From Gnetum montanum (taxonomy: Eukaryota > Plantae > Gnetophyta), in the NCBI GenBank assembly GCA_015680685.1, contig MNCI01000625.1, positions 131,571 through 195,570 of the forward strand: 64,000 nucleotides of DNA, written 5' to 3'. The translations under genes were made by a program, and so were the position numbers. A model generated the notes under the pieces. The model did not search any database and was not told where the DNA came from. It saw only the letters and a program-made list of their open reading frames with translations. This document shows positions 12,478 to 25,888 of the stretch, piece after piece (position 1 is the stretch's first letter; every line of letters begins with the position of its first letter).

Positions 12478-15400
12478 TCAAATAGATGGAACTGGGATGC
12501 AACTGGAGGTGGAGGAGGAGCATTTCCAACATCATCACCACTAAGGCCACTTTTATCAACTAGTACCTATATCAACACAATAAAAAGTTTCATCAGTAAT
12601 TAACACAATAATAAATCAAACTAAATCACAACTTAAACCAAACTAAAACATAATAAAATAAAATAAATTAATTAAAAATAAAACAAACCTTGGAAGATTC
12701 TGGAGTGATATCCTTCATGGGGAAGCTTTGAAGACCAACCTCTAGACGATGGAGAATTTGGTGTTTGGTCATGTGAGTCTAATCCACTTCCCCAAGATTA
12801 ACACTTACCAGAATGTTGCTCTCATCAACATTGGTCTATTTGGTACTCTTGTGAAAATCTAGTAGTCACCTCTTCAGAAGTGATGGTCACTTGAGGAGTT
12901 GGAGAATCAACTACTACTAGAGAGCTTTCAAACAACGTGAAAGCATCTCCAATGTTGATTGCCCTCATAAACTACTCTAGCTTGTGCCTCTCAATTGACT
13001 CCTCCTATAACCACTTCAAGTACCTCTGCCATTCAGTCTTATACTTTTTCTTGTGGTCCTTTTATGCCTAGCCCCACTTAAGGACCCAAGCATAATAGTA
13101 CCTCCACTCATTGGCCTTATGAGCCAAAAAATTCATCTATAGCTTTTTCTCCATAAGGTCCCTGCTAAGAGAAACATTATTGTAAATGACATTTCAATAT
13201 CGTAACCATTCAATCTCTTTAGTTTTCAAGGAGTCCTTGCTCAGCTTGTTTCTTATTTTCCTTCTTCAACACTATAACTTATTTCCATAGGAGCTCATTG
13301 GAATGTTGGCATTTCCAAAATCTTCTAGCACATGAAAGTGCACATTCAATGGCACTTTCATATAAACTTCATGGGACATTTTCCACTTTAGGTGATAGGC
13401 TAATAAGTTCATCAATCTCAACAACATGGTTGGAATCCCATCCAACCTTTGACACTACAAGCAACACAACCAACATAAACACATAAGACCATGTAAACAA
13501 CAAATAACAAAATGATCAAAAAACACTTTAAACCATTAAGACCATATAACCATAAAACTCATATGAAATAAAAATGCATAAATGATAAAACAATTCAAGA
13601 GTAATATGTTGCAACTAATCGATCATGTCTTCAATCATCCCTTGCATGAACTCCATTTTTTTTGGAACCTCTACCCATGGTTTCATGCAAAATGTAGACA
13701 CGGAAGCACCTAGTTGTGCTTCAGGAGCTACAACAATAATGATCATAGTTTAACAATTAAAACCAAATATTTAAAACAAAATCCACAAGTACCTGGAACA
13801 TCATCCGAGATGAGAACGGGAGGTTCATCTAGTTGTGAAACATCAAATATAGCATCAAGGTCATCCAATGTGGCATTGGATAGCCCCTCATCCTCATGTC
13901 ATTATAATGCCTCCTCCTCTATGTGCTTCTATTCAACCTCCACTGCCACTACTTGGGCTACTAGTTCTTGTTGTTTACATGCAAGAACAATGAAGACAAA
14001 ACATAGAACCACTTAGCATATTTTGCATAAAACAAAAAAATAACATAATCATATAAAATGAAACATAAATACCAAATGAATTAAATAAAAGTAATCCATA
14101 TAAGACATACTTGCAACTACATAATGTGCTTGACCAAATGATGAGTCTCCTCTTCATAGGTTGCTCAACAACTAGTGTTGTCTCCTCAACCATAGGCCTC
14201 TTTAACTTTGTTCTAACTACTCTGTTAGCTTCAGCACATAACTCCTTGGCCTTTTGAGCATTCCCATGGGCAACTAGGTTTTCCATCCCCATGTTATTAG
14301 GGGAAGGATAATGCACACCACTAAAACACTTAGTCATAACAAACAGCGATTCCCCAACATCTTCTGGTGGGTTTTGAGCCTACATGGTTGAAAAAAATGT
14401 TTCATCCAAGGCTTAGAAAGTTGGGATGAATCTTGGCTTATCCATCGTCCATTCTTCTACACCACCAGGAATGTTGCAAACCTCCTAAGATATGCTACAA
14501 AAAATGCAATGTTCATGTGACATATCATTCTAAGGTTCTCATGGAATTTCAAGATCTTCCCTTGTAGCCAAAAAACCAAATGAGCAAGCCAATTGAATTA
14601 ATCATCCTTGGTGAGGACCTTTTTCATGGTCCATGTCTTTTCAATGCCTAGAACCTTCTTCTATGATAAGTTTGGAAACACCTAGGACTGGAACAATGGA
14701 TACATCTCATTCACCTCTACAACTTAATAGTCATGTAGAGTTAATTCAAAGTGGCTGCAACTAGTATTTAACCATTCTTCCACTTCCTCACGGAGGCCCA
14801 CCTCTTTTCTTGGTTTGGTGGCAATCTTCACCCTCTCACAAGAGATGCCAAAGAGGTCACCAAAGGTAGATTCATTAATGGCCAATGTGATAGGAACATC
14901 ATGAACCTAAGTGATGAATTTCATCATACCTTTGTTCAAGAAGTTGATGACCTTCACCATCTTAGAGGTAGGGATGATTGGGATAGGTGTCATGAACAAG
15001 TCAAGCAAACTTGCACTGGCGATCCTTACTTGGATTTCCCTAGGTACTTGGTTGGCCAACCAATGCTACACTACATCTACCTCACTAAACTTGAGGATGA
15101 GTGTCTCCTCAGCATGTCCTAAAGTAATCATGGCTATGGTGGATGATTGCGTAGTGCCTACAACACAACAAAAATGAAAAAGTAGCTTTCGCATAGGTGC
15201 ATCATACAAAATAAAAAAATAAAAAATAAAAAAGTTACATGTAACAAGCTTAAAAAATTAAACCCTAGACAACCTAACAACTAAATAACTAGAAAACATT
15301 GACATTATATAAAAAAATAAAACATAAGAATTCTTACTTTACTTAAAGCAGCATGGAGACCCTAAGGGATATACATATTTGTGCACCAAAATTTCGAATA

Positions 15401-16190
15401 CCCCACCATCTGTGGATCATTGTATTAGCTAGACACTTGTGATAGGCCTAGGAGTAGTGTGAGGTATACCTACCAAGGTCATCCTTGAGTTGCTCCATCA
15501 CTACAAGCCTCACTACTTGGCTCTTGGCAAAGATCTTCAACACTGCTTAAGCCAAGGGTAAGAGCTGGTCACTCTTAATTAACCCATGATCATCAACCAT
15601 AGACCTAAAAACATTCAAACTTAAACAAAAATCATTAAACCCAAGTGGCCTAATGAAACCAAAAACTTAAAGTTACACTTACCCTTCCACATGGTAGATA
15701 GTATCAGGAGGGTGCTGAAATGATGTGTTAACACAATGACCAACTAGTAATGTGTTGCTAACATTATACTCAATGAATTTGGGCATATCCTAGATTTTGG
15801 ACAACTCATGTGTTCCTCTGGTATATATATTATCAAATTATTCACCCTCAACATGAGTCTTATGATCATCAACTATGAATTTGATGATCAAGTTAGTAGA
15901 ATGGGGCAGTAGGGTTTCTATAACAATGGTAGTTGTATGAGATGCCAAGTGTGACCACACTATCACATTGAAATTCTATAGAAGGATGGCCGAAAACTCT
16001 TTTTCCCATGGCCTAAACCAAATGGAGCCTCTATCCAACATCATATCAGTAGGTGGGGTGTTGGGCTCTAGTGTGTGGATGCAACAAAGGAGTCCAACAA
16101 GCTTGATCATCACCAAAATGAGCTTCATGAAGGTCCTACAAAACCCATCCATAACCATCAAAAGCTTATAGGACCATAATGAAAATTTTA
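12478..16190 (-). pseudogene. Antisense multi-exon accessory gene of element B: FCP1/NIF-type HAD phosphatase-like domain + PMD/Transposase_32-like domain + acidic region + coiled coil
   Basis: Minus-strand GT-AG, U-rich introns at 15605-15682 (GTAAGT donor), 15158-15337, 13728-13792 and 12567-12688, plus degenerate ones at ~13980-14110 and ~13455-13610. Translation: KLILVMIKLVGLLCCI...IWFRPWEKEFSAILL*NFNVIVWS...HELSKI*DMPKFIEYNVSNTLLVG...HPPDTIYHV, then ...PITLAINESTFGDLFGIS...FNWLAHLVFWLQGKI. A possible first exon lies at ~17076-17200. Confidence 0.75.
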
Positions 16191-18806
16191 ACAACCATTA
16201 GCTATAGTAAAAACTCTAGGGGGACTAGTTACAAATTTTGAAAATTTCTAATAACTATTGCAAACCGAAATACAACATATACATGACCTTAGGGGTTTTG
16301 ATATTATCACAAAAAATACTAGAAATAGACCAACATTACTCGTATAGCCTAGGGGGTTTGTAGTTCTAATGGTTAAAACTACAATTATATAGGGTAGTCA
16401 ACACAAATTCAAAAATGAAAAATTTATACCAAAAATGTTCTTCTAAGTCTAGGCATTACACATGTATGAAATTCAGAAAACATTTCATACAACAACCCAA
16501 AATCAATGTAAAAATTTTACAAAAAACCAAACTGCATAAAAATAGCTACAATCATAGCTTGAGAAAAAATATGAAAAAAAATTTAAATTCTTTGAAACTA
16601 ATGCCAAAACCTCTCAAATGGCCCTAGACATTCCTAGGAAGGTGGAATGTTGGAAGAAAAAATTATTTACAATGTCAACGTTGTCAACTTTGAGGAGGTA
16701 AAAATAGTAAAAACCCAAAATTTCAATGTCCATTGTCCTACATAAAAACTCATAGAAAATTAACCATAGGCTAGAATTCAATGATTGCACAACTAATTCA
16801 ACTAGTAAATAGCAAGCAACAATCCTATAACCCCAAATACCAAAAACTTCATGTTGTTTTCATATAAAAAAAACACTTAAAACAAGACATGAGAAAAATT
16901 CATAACTTAACATGACTAAGACCTAAGACCAAAATAAGGTACTGGACACTTAACCATAGCCCAAATACAATGTTTGAACCAACCAAAGCCAAAATCCATG
17001 CAACATACTAGCCAAGCCAAGAGAGAACGCTTAGGTTTCAAGCAAGAATTCACAAAAAACAGCTAGGAATGGTAGACCTCATAGTCATGGTGGAGGATCC
17101 TTCTCATAGTAGAGGCCATGTTATACTTATAAGCCCTTTGGTAGCAAGATCTTCCTCCTCCAAATTTGGATTTCTACTTGTAGCCACCTTCTCTTAGAGA
17201 TCTTTTATCAGTAATGCAACAAATCTTCAAAATCCCTCCTCACAACTACACGGCCCCCTGGCGGGTCCTATTCAAGAAATGCTGGGTATGGGTGGAATTG
17301 AAGATAGGATTGATGTAGAAGCTCTAATGCTATGCACTGCCTATTGAGGATAGCTTAGGACAATTAATGATGGTAAAATTGTAATGTGGGAATTACTCCC
17401 AAACTTATGCATTGATGATCAAAACCCCCTTCTCGAAACACGCACACAACTCCCACATAACTCCATGTTCATAATTAGAAGGTGAAAACTATGTTGGGTT
17501 AGTACGAAAGTTAATTTATTTTAACAATTTAAACTTGGGTGGGCCCCAACAAGCACCTCCTAAATAAGTTAGTAAAAATCCTAATACACTAGGATTTGGG
17601 CATTTTGACAAGAACTATGCTAAGATTAAGTTCCTAAAAAGCCTTAGGCCAGATTCCAAACCTTAATTGCCACCAAAACCCACCTCCTAGTTACTCATCC
17701 ATAACATGCTAAAGCCAAAAAGCTCATACTAAAATTAGAAATTAAGTGTTAACATTAGAAGGTACTAAAACATCAAAGGAAGCTAAAACCCATAATGAAA
17801 TTAGTTATTTTGGGCAACTACACTAACTGTGATCCCAACTAAATTGGCCAATATAGTCCTAAGGAGGATGGAAATTTCAAACATCAACCAAACTTCCAAT
17901 TGACTCTAGAATTATTACTTCAATCCCTAAACCCAAGTCATCCTAAAATGTCAAAAAACTAAGCAAAATCAGTTAAAACCCCATCCTAACCTTGGAACCA
18001 TACTAGGGGCATCCCAAATATGCTAGCTAGCATAGTCCTAGCATGGCTGGTTAAGGTTCTACCATCAAATGTCAAAAAGGTCCTTTGAAATGACATATCC
18101 TAGCCTTCACACCTTTCTCAAGTCTCCAGCAACCATGAAATGTTAGAAAATTGAGTAAAAATGAGTCAAAACCCACTTTAACCTTGAAGCCATGCTAAGG
18201 AGGCCTAGGACTATGCTAGTGAGCATAGTTTAAGCATGGCGCCTCCATGAAAACTCAAAAATAGATCATAAACAAGCCCAATCAACCTCTAGGTGCATCA
18301 TCCTAACCTTAGAATCCTACCGAAGCATTCAAAGACCACCAAACCCTAGAAATAGAGTCAAAAATGGAAAAAATCCATCATATCTCCTCCATCCATGTTG
18401 GGACTATGCTAACTAGTGCAGTCTAGGGGGGATGGCCATATTGAGACTCAAACAACCTTTAGAATTAGCATTTTCAAGCCTAAACCTTGGCCATGAACAC
18501 CAACAACCCCAGGAACTCAAAAACTTGGTCAATTTTCCACAAAAAATCAAGATCTAATTGTAACTACATTAAGGAAGGCTAGAGCCATGCTGGCTAGCAT
18601 GGCTTCAATGTATTTGGAGGTCTAGAAGGCTTTACTAGAATTACCACATTCCAAATGGGCTAAAACTTAACCATGGAAGCCTAGAACCTTGAAACCCTAA
18701 AGTTAGCTATAATTTGGTCCTATTTTGACCATCAAAAGCTCAAGTTCTTTCCATCCACACTAAGGCCACCCCCAACTATGCTAGCCAATGTAGTCCAATG
18801 AGGGAT

Positions 18807-19941
18807 TATTGATATTTTGGTATGTCAAATCCTTAAGAAAAATGGAGAACAAAGGGTGTTTGTTTTGGATGTTGTATTTACAAGATAAGAACAAGAACTT
18901 CACATCATGGACAAGGACTCAAGGAAGCATGGCTATTAAAGTAAAAGACTTCATAGGCAAAATGAGAGCATGGACAAGTATAAAGAGTACAAGCTAAATG
19001 AAGATGCTCCAAGGATTACGAGAAAGCTAAATCAATAAGAGAAAACCTCAAGAACCAGATCTCAAAAATTGAGAAGACATCTCCAAGGAATAGAAGATGT
19101 CTTGGTTGAGAGGAAGTCAATAATAGGAAGATGTCTTCTAAAAATAGCAGACATATCCTCTTGAAAGAAGATGTCTCCCAAGAGACATCTCCTTAAAGAT
19201 GTACCATTAGGGAAGGAGACATCTCCCCAAAACTAAGGCTGAATTCATAGAGACATTCCAATCTTGAAGGATATATCTACATTAGCCATTGGATAGCCAT
19301 TGCACAAATTTTGAGGTGTTTTAAAAAAATTTGATGCTATAAGAAGACTTCAAATTCTTGAGTATGCAAGCATTGTTAACATCAAAGCTATCACTGTCTA
19401 TCTTATGTTGTTGTACTTATGTACTTGAATTGTTACATCATTTTTTACATTTGTTGTGGAACTATGCTTCATTGTACAAGGAATTTCTAAATTGACTTAA
19501 ACTCTTCCTTTATGGTTCTTTTCCTTTTCTTTCTACCTTAAGAGGTTGATGTGCTTCTTGCAAGAAGGCATTATTTTAGAGCTTGTTTGGATCCTATGGG
19601 ATTAAGTTATTTTGTTGCATCAAAACACTCTAGAGCATAGCTCTATTTTGTACAAGTTGTCGGATCCTTTAAATTTCTCTTGAGCTTGTTGGGACCTTGC
19701 GTGTTTAAGTGTTGTTATAGCAACGAAACTCTTCTTAGTAGAGCTCAAACTTTATAAAGGTTGTGATGTCCTCTAAACCACATTTTGGAAGAAACAAAGT
19801 CCAGAGTTATGCAAAGAATTTACCCTTCAAGTGTAGACTATCCAAGTTGGGACACAACATAATTCTTGTGTTTTGTGTAACAGGTGTTGCTTTTGATTTA
19901 GGGAACTTATTCGTTCCTCCCTTCTAAGTTCTCGGTCCTTA
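18807..19941 (+). mobile_element. Solo LTR (copia/SIRE-like) nested in element B spacer
   Basis: Flanked by gggat/gagat. Internal GAAGATGTCTTC/GAGACATCTCC palindromic repeats at 19070-19260. The 3' end (ttattcgttcctcccttctaagt...cctta) resembles SIRE-type U5. Confidence 0.65.
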
Positions 19942-20479
19942 GAGATAGTCCCAAATTTCACTTCTAGAAGCCTATTTTGACTTTTAAATGAAAAATTCAA
20001 AACCTTGATACCCCTGCATTGCCTTAGAAAGCCAACAGAATACGAATTTTGATCTTGGGATGCAATGAATTGATTTTTCTCATGAACAACACTAGGGTCA
20101 TGCTTGTCAGTGTAGTTCCAACATAGTTGGCAATTCTGGATAACATTTGTGCTTTCAAAGGGTCAAATCGACACCAAAATTAATCGATCTTTACTCTTGA
20201 TCCACTACATTATCAATTTGAATCATCAAGATTCCAAAATTGATCATAATAGATCCTAAAACCTAAATTTTGAAAAGAACCATGTTGGGGCCTGCCAGAG
20301 CCACACTGGCTACCATAGTCCTAGTGTGGCTCTAGCATAGTTACCAAACATGGCCTCATTTTCACATTTAAATAACCTTGAAACAACCTACCCAAAGTGC
20401 CCAAACTTTTTCTCAACTCTCTAGCCTTATAGCATGGCCTGCTACAGCCTAAAACTGGAAAAATCTAATCATGATTGAC

Positions 20480-21240
20480 TAATATTAACCATGTTTTACC
20501 CCATGTTTTCCACCTTCACTAGTTTGGCCTTGTTGCATTATGTTTTAAATTGGTTTAACCTTGGTATGCATTATTGACCTTCATTGCCCTATCATTTGAT
20601 GTCATGTGGATTCATTTTTTGTCATTTCAGTACTATTTGGTCTCATTTCATCTTTTCCTATCATTTGGCATCTTTTGACCTTAGAAAACTTGGTAACATC
20701 AATTTACACCATTGGACATCATTGTGACCTTGTTCGACCATCTAGAACATCATTGGGTGGGATTCAACCATCATTTGGGCTCCATTTGACCCCATTTGAT
20801 CTTCATTTAGCTACCATTTAGCTTTTTCCCACATTAGTTGGCCTTTGGTTTACCCTATCTACCTTATCCTATCTCCTATGACCTTTGTTGACCATGTTTT
20901 AGCCTTGTTCGACATTATTTGATGGTGCTTGACCATCATTTGGCATTTATTTGGCCTCATTTCATGCAGTTTGGCCTTTGGTGCATCGTACCTACTTTAG
21001 CTCCCCTTTTATAGCCTCCATTGATCATGCTTTAACATTAATTAACATCATTGGATGAAGTTTGACCATCATTTGGCCTTCATTCAACTCCATTCTATCA
21101 TCATTTGGCCTTCATGTGATCTTATTTAGTCTTTGATTCACCTTATTTATCTTGACCTACCTCTTATAGCCTTTGTTGACCTTGTTTGAACCTTGTGTGA
21201 TCACTAATAAAACTTGTTTTGGCCTATCCATGCATAATTG
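20480..21240 (+). repeat. Low-complexity array of TTGACC/TTGGCC-containing units
   Basis: Dozens of ttgacc, ttggcc and catcatttgg words lie just upstream of the RT region of element B. Confidence 0.65.
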
Positions 21241-21322
21241 CTAAAGTATTTTATGTTATTTTAGTGTTGCTTGCTCATCTTATCACACAGTGCCACTTAA
21301 TGTGCTTCTGATTGATATGTAG

Positions 21323-24300
21323 GATTAGAGTATGGACAACTAGAGGAAAATCAATTTACCTTTGAGCCTAAATTGGCCTCATGGTAATGCTGAATGTTTC
21401 ATTGACCTTAATCATTTAGATGTTGAGCTTGAAAGCATATTCAACCACATAGCCTTGATAGAGAAACCTCTTGAATGGCTAGAAAACCTAGTTAAAACCC
21501 TTGACCTTGAGGCTAGTGACATTACTAAGGACTCTCTAGTTGAGGTTCCTATCATGACACATAGTGGTGAGGAGAAAACACTAAAACTAAGTTCCTCACT
21601 AGAACCTCAATAGGCTCAAGACATCACTAGGGTTCTTCAAAACAACATTATGACCTTTTCTTGGTCATATGAAGATATGTCAGGTCTTGACCCATGCCTT
21701 GTTCGACATAACATCATACTTGACCCTTGTATCAAACTTTTCAAGTAAAAATTTTGTAAGATTAGAGTAGATTTAGCCCTGGTAGTTTGTGATAAAATTA
21801 TGAAACTATATCAATATGGTTTCATTTGAGTTGTTGATTACGCAAAATGAATGTCCAACATTGTGGTGGTTCCTAAGAAAAATGGGAGTATACATATTTG
21901 TATTGATTTTTGGGACCTGAATAAGGCAACCATAAAAAATGACTTCTTGTTACCTAGTATTGACCAACATATCGATACTACAACAAAACATGCATTGTTA
22001 TCCTTCATGGATGGGTTCTCGGAATACAACCAAGTTAGGATTAACCCATAGCATCAACTTTGTATGACCGTCATGACCCCTTAAGGAATCTTTTGTTACA
22101 CCATGATGTCCTTTGGTCTAAAGAAGATAGGTGTGACCTATCAATGAGCAATGATGTATATCTTTAGTGATTACATGCTAGGATTTCTTAATGACTATGT
22201 GGACGATATAGTCATTAAGTCCAAAATGGCCAATGATCATGCACAAGACCTTGACCTTGTGTTGAAACAATGTTTCAAATATGAGCTTAGGCTTAACCCC
22301 AAGAAGTGTGTCTTTGTTATCAAAATCAATAAGATGCTTGACTTTGTAGTATTTGAAGCAAGAATACATGTTGATCCTGATAAGATTAAAGCCATATCCA
22401 AGTTGGTAGTATCAACTAACCTTAAGGAGCTTTGAGGATTGCAAGGTAGATTACAATTTATTTGTAGGTTCATTGCTAGGCTTATAGATAAATTACAACC
22501 CATGTAACATTTGTTAAGAATGGATTTTGCTATGGGTGGATGGCTCAATGTCAAGAAGCCTTTGAAAACCTTAAGCAAGAGTTGGCACAACTACCCACAG
22601 TCTATCTACCACAAAAGGATAAACCTTTTTACATCTACCTTGTCATCTTTGGCATGTCCATCACCTCTCTACTCAATCAAAAAAGAGATGATGGAGTCAA
22701 GCTACTTGTATACTACCTAACCCATGCATTAATTGCCTATGAGTTTCAATACACTAAAGTGGAGAAGTATTGTCTAGCCCTAGTCTTCTTGTTGAAGAGG
22801 TGGAGATACTACATCTTTAGGAGCCAAGTCAATGTCATTTGCAAGGACAATGTGCTTAGAGCCATAACTACCCATATCTATGAAAGTAGCCATATAGCTT
22901 ATTGGAAAGCCATAATAGCTAAGTTTAACCTCCATTACATCTCCCTAGCCTCAACTAAATGCCAAGCTATAGCCACACAACTTACCATTTTCCCAGTAGA
23001 AGACCATGCGACCATTTACCATAAATTCCTTGATGAACATGTCAATATTGTTAGCAAAGTACTCAAGGGCTATGAGGCAATCATGCACTTTGATGAAGCT
23101 TCAACTACTCATGGGGTCAATTCTACTACCATCATAACCTCACCTTCTAGTGAAATCCAACCCTTCACCTATCATTTTAAATTCACATGTACCAACAATG
23201 TGGTAGAGTATGAAGGATTAATCAAGGAAATGATGGTAGCCTGTGACCAAGAAATCAAATGGTTGATGATAAAAGGTAATTCATAATTTGTGGTTAATCA
23301 AGTAACAGAGGTTTACACATGTAAAGCCAAACATTTGCAACCTTATTGTGACCTAGGTAAGAAACTAATACAATAATTTATAGATGTTGGTATCTAACAT
23401 ATACCCCAGACTGAGAACACATTAGCCGATGCCATTACAACCTTAGTCCTAATTATGACACTCAATGTGTTTAGCAAGTTATGATTCTTAATCATGAACT
23501 ATGCTATTCCCATCATGCAGAACATTGAAGGTGACTCTATAACCTCTATCAACATTGATCCTTGAAAGAAATGGTATGATAATATCAAGTTTTACCTAAT
23601 GCATGATGAATCTCCACAAGGCTTGACTACTTCTCAAAATGATGTTGTATGTAAAAGATCAAAATAGTATGTCATCATAGGCTATAATACATTATGTTGA
23701 TAGTTCTATGATGGTGTACTGTTAGTGTGATTGATAAAAACTAAAGCCCATACAATCCTTGAGAAACTTCATGAAGGTGTATGTGGGGGACATATAGGAC
23801 CTATAGAGCCATGGTAACCAAAATTAGATGACTAAGCTATTATTGGCCCTATATGGAAAGCAACTACCTATAGAAATTAAAACTTGTAACACCTATCAAC
23901 GGCATAACAACTTGACACATGTGCCACCAACTGAGTTACATACCACTTACATAACTTGGTCATTTTAACAGTGGAAACTTGACATTATTGGATCTATAAT
24001 GCCCAGGTTGACTGCAGAGCATAGCTTCATCATCATTGCAACTAAATACTTTAAAAAGTGGGTTGAAGCTATTTCCCTAAGGAAAAAAACATCTCAACAA
24101 GTCTGTATATTCATACTAGACAACATAGTAGCCCATTTTGGCTTACCTTTCACCATAGTCATGGATAAAGGACCACAATTTAGTAGCCAAAAAACACATA
24201 CCTTTTGTCAAGACCTAGGTATTAAACATTCCTTTTTTTCACCATACTACCCTCAAGCCAATGGGCAAGCTAAAGCTAGCAATAATGCCATCATAAACTT

Positions 24301-24814
24301 GCTTAAAAAGTTGCTAAATAATAGTAGACACAAGTGGCATGAGTGGCTTATCCATGCACTTTGCACCTATCAAACTACCTATTGAACTATAACTGGTGTA
24401 ACCACATATAGCCTAATTTATGGATTTGAAGTTGTTTTGCCTCTTGAATTGTAGGTTCCATCACTCAAAGTGGTCCTATTAGACTTCATCAATGATAAAC
24501 AACATAAGGAGCTATGTACCATTGACCTTGATTTGGTGGAGAAGAAAAAAATACAAATGCTTCTTCATATTGAACAATATCAAGAGAGGTAGAAGCAACA
24601 ACATTGCCATGACTTGAATAAGAAGGAGATCAAGGAAGGGAACCTAGTTCTCAAGGCTGCTCATGAGCATGCAAACAAGTTTTCATCTAATTGGGAAGGA
24701 CCTTTCTTCATCATCAAGGCCTATGACAATGGAGCCTTCAAAGTTGTAAACATGAATGAGAATGAATTAGATAATACATTCAACCATTCCTATCTAAAGC
24801 TTTATTACAATTGA
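21323..24814 (+). pseudogene. pol: pol of element B: RT, RNase H, additional (archaeal-type) RNase H, integrase
   Basis: ICIDFWDLNKA, FMDGFSEYNQ and YVDDIVI (RT); HFDEAS and CTNNVVEYEGL (aRH); TKYFKKWVEA, YYPQANGQ and NWEGPF (INT). Interrupted by stops. Confidence 0.93.
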
Positions 24815-25888
24815 CTTAATCTTCTTTATAGGTACAAACTGACAGTTGACATTGATGGCCCTTACACCAAATAATAAGCAAGCCTACACATGTTCTCTAT
24901 ACCTCTATCCCTCTATTTTGCACAATGAATGAACCGTATGCTTTGTAAACCTAATGAACATTGCACAAATCTCTCTATGTTGTAATAATGGTGACTTGGT
25001 CTACTAGTTATCTTGTGTGATCCTATGCATTGTATTGTAACAACATGTTTTCTTTGTCTTATTTTCTTGTTCTCTTGGAGCTGTCCTTGAAGGATGAAGC
25101 TTGAAGTCATTGCAAAGGTACAACTCATCACAGTAGCAAGTCATAATGTGACCTTGATGCACAAGATTTGGTACATTTATCTTATCGTACCAAGAGTGCC
25201 TGTTTCACATCATTGCCATTACCATTCCTTAAGCCCAACCTTGTAGCCTAATTATAACCTTCCTTACCTGGAACAACAAGGATGACTAATGTTTGACACT
25301 CATGTGTTATGGCCATGTGACATTTCCTTTTTCGTACTCCAACATCAAGTCCATTGAATGTAACACATCTCATTCAATGGGAAAGCCAAATCAAACCTAT
25401 GCTTGGTAATGAAACCCAATGAATATTTCACCCCAAAAAATGGGGAAGCAAATTACCAAGAAACTGAAAGGCAGATGAAGACCAAAAGACAAACCAATGG
25501 TCCCAATCAAGCAAAGGGAGAAGCCTAATGACAAAAGAAATCTTAAAGTGAGATGTTGATTCCTCAAAAATATTATTGAGTGATCAACACTTCGAAGCAC
25601 AAAGTGCAAAGGCTACACTAAATAACCAAAATGTCACCATCATAATCATAATCATGATGTCAACATTTGGAACTTACTATTAATCCCTTTGACCACTCCC
25701 TCATAACCAAATATAGCCTTTGATCTCTATCATATCATGGTAACCTTATCTCATCATCACAAGCATTCTTTGGTATTATTGAATCAAGCATGGAGAGAAA
25801 ATGTTAGTGATGGACTTGTAATGGTGTTTTGTATTCTTTATTAATGTCTCTTAAGTCAATCCTCCAAACATCAACAAAGATGAACCAA

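Noticed and set aside
17205-17460. CpG-retaining patch in the B spacer as a captured host exon
   Set aside because: No recognisable translation in the frames I read; it could simply be promoter or leader sequence of the antisense gene.
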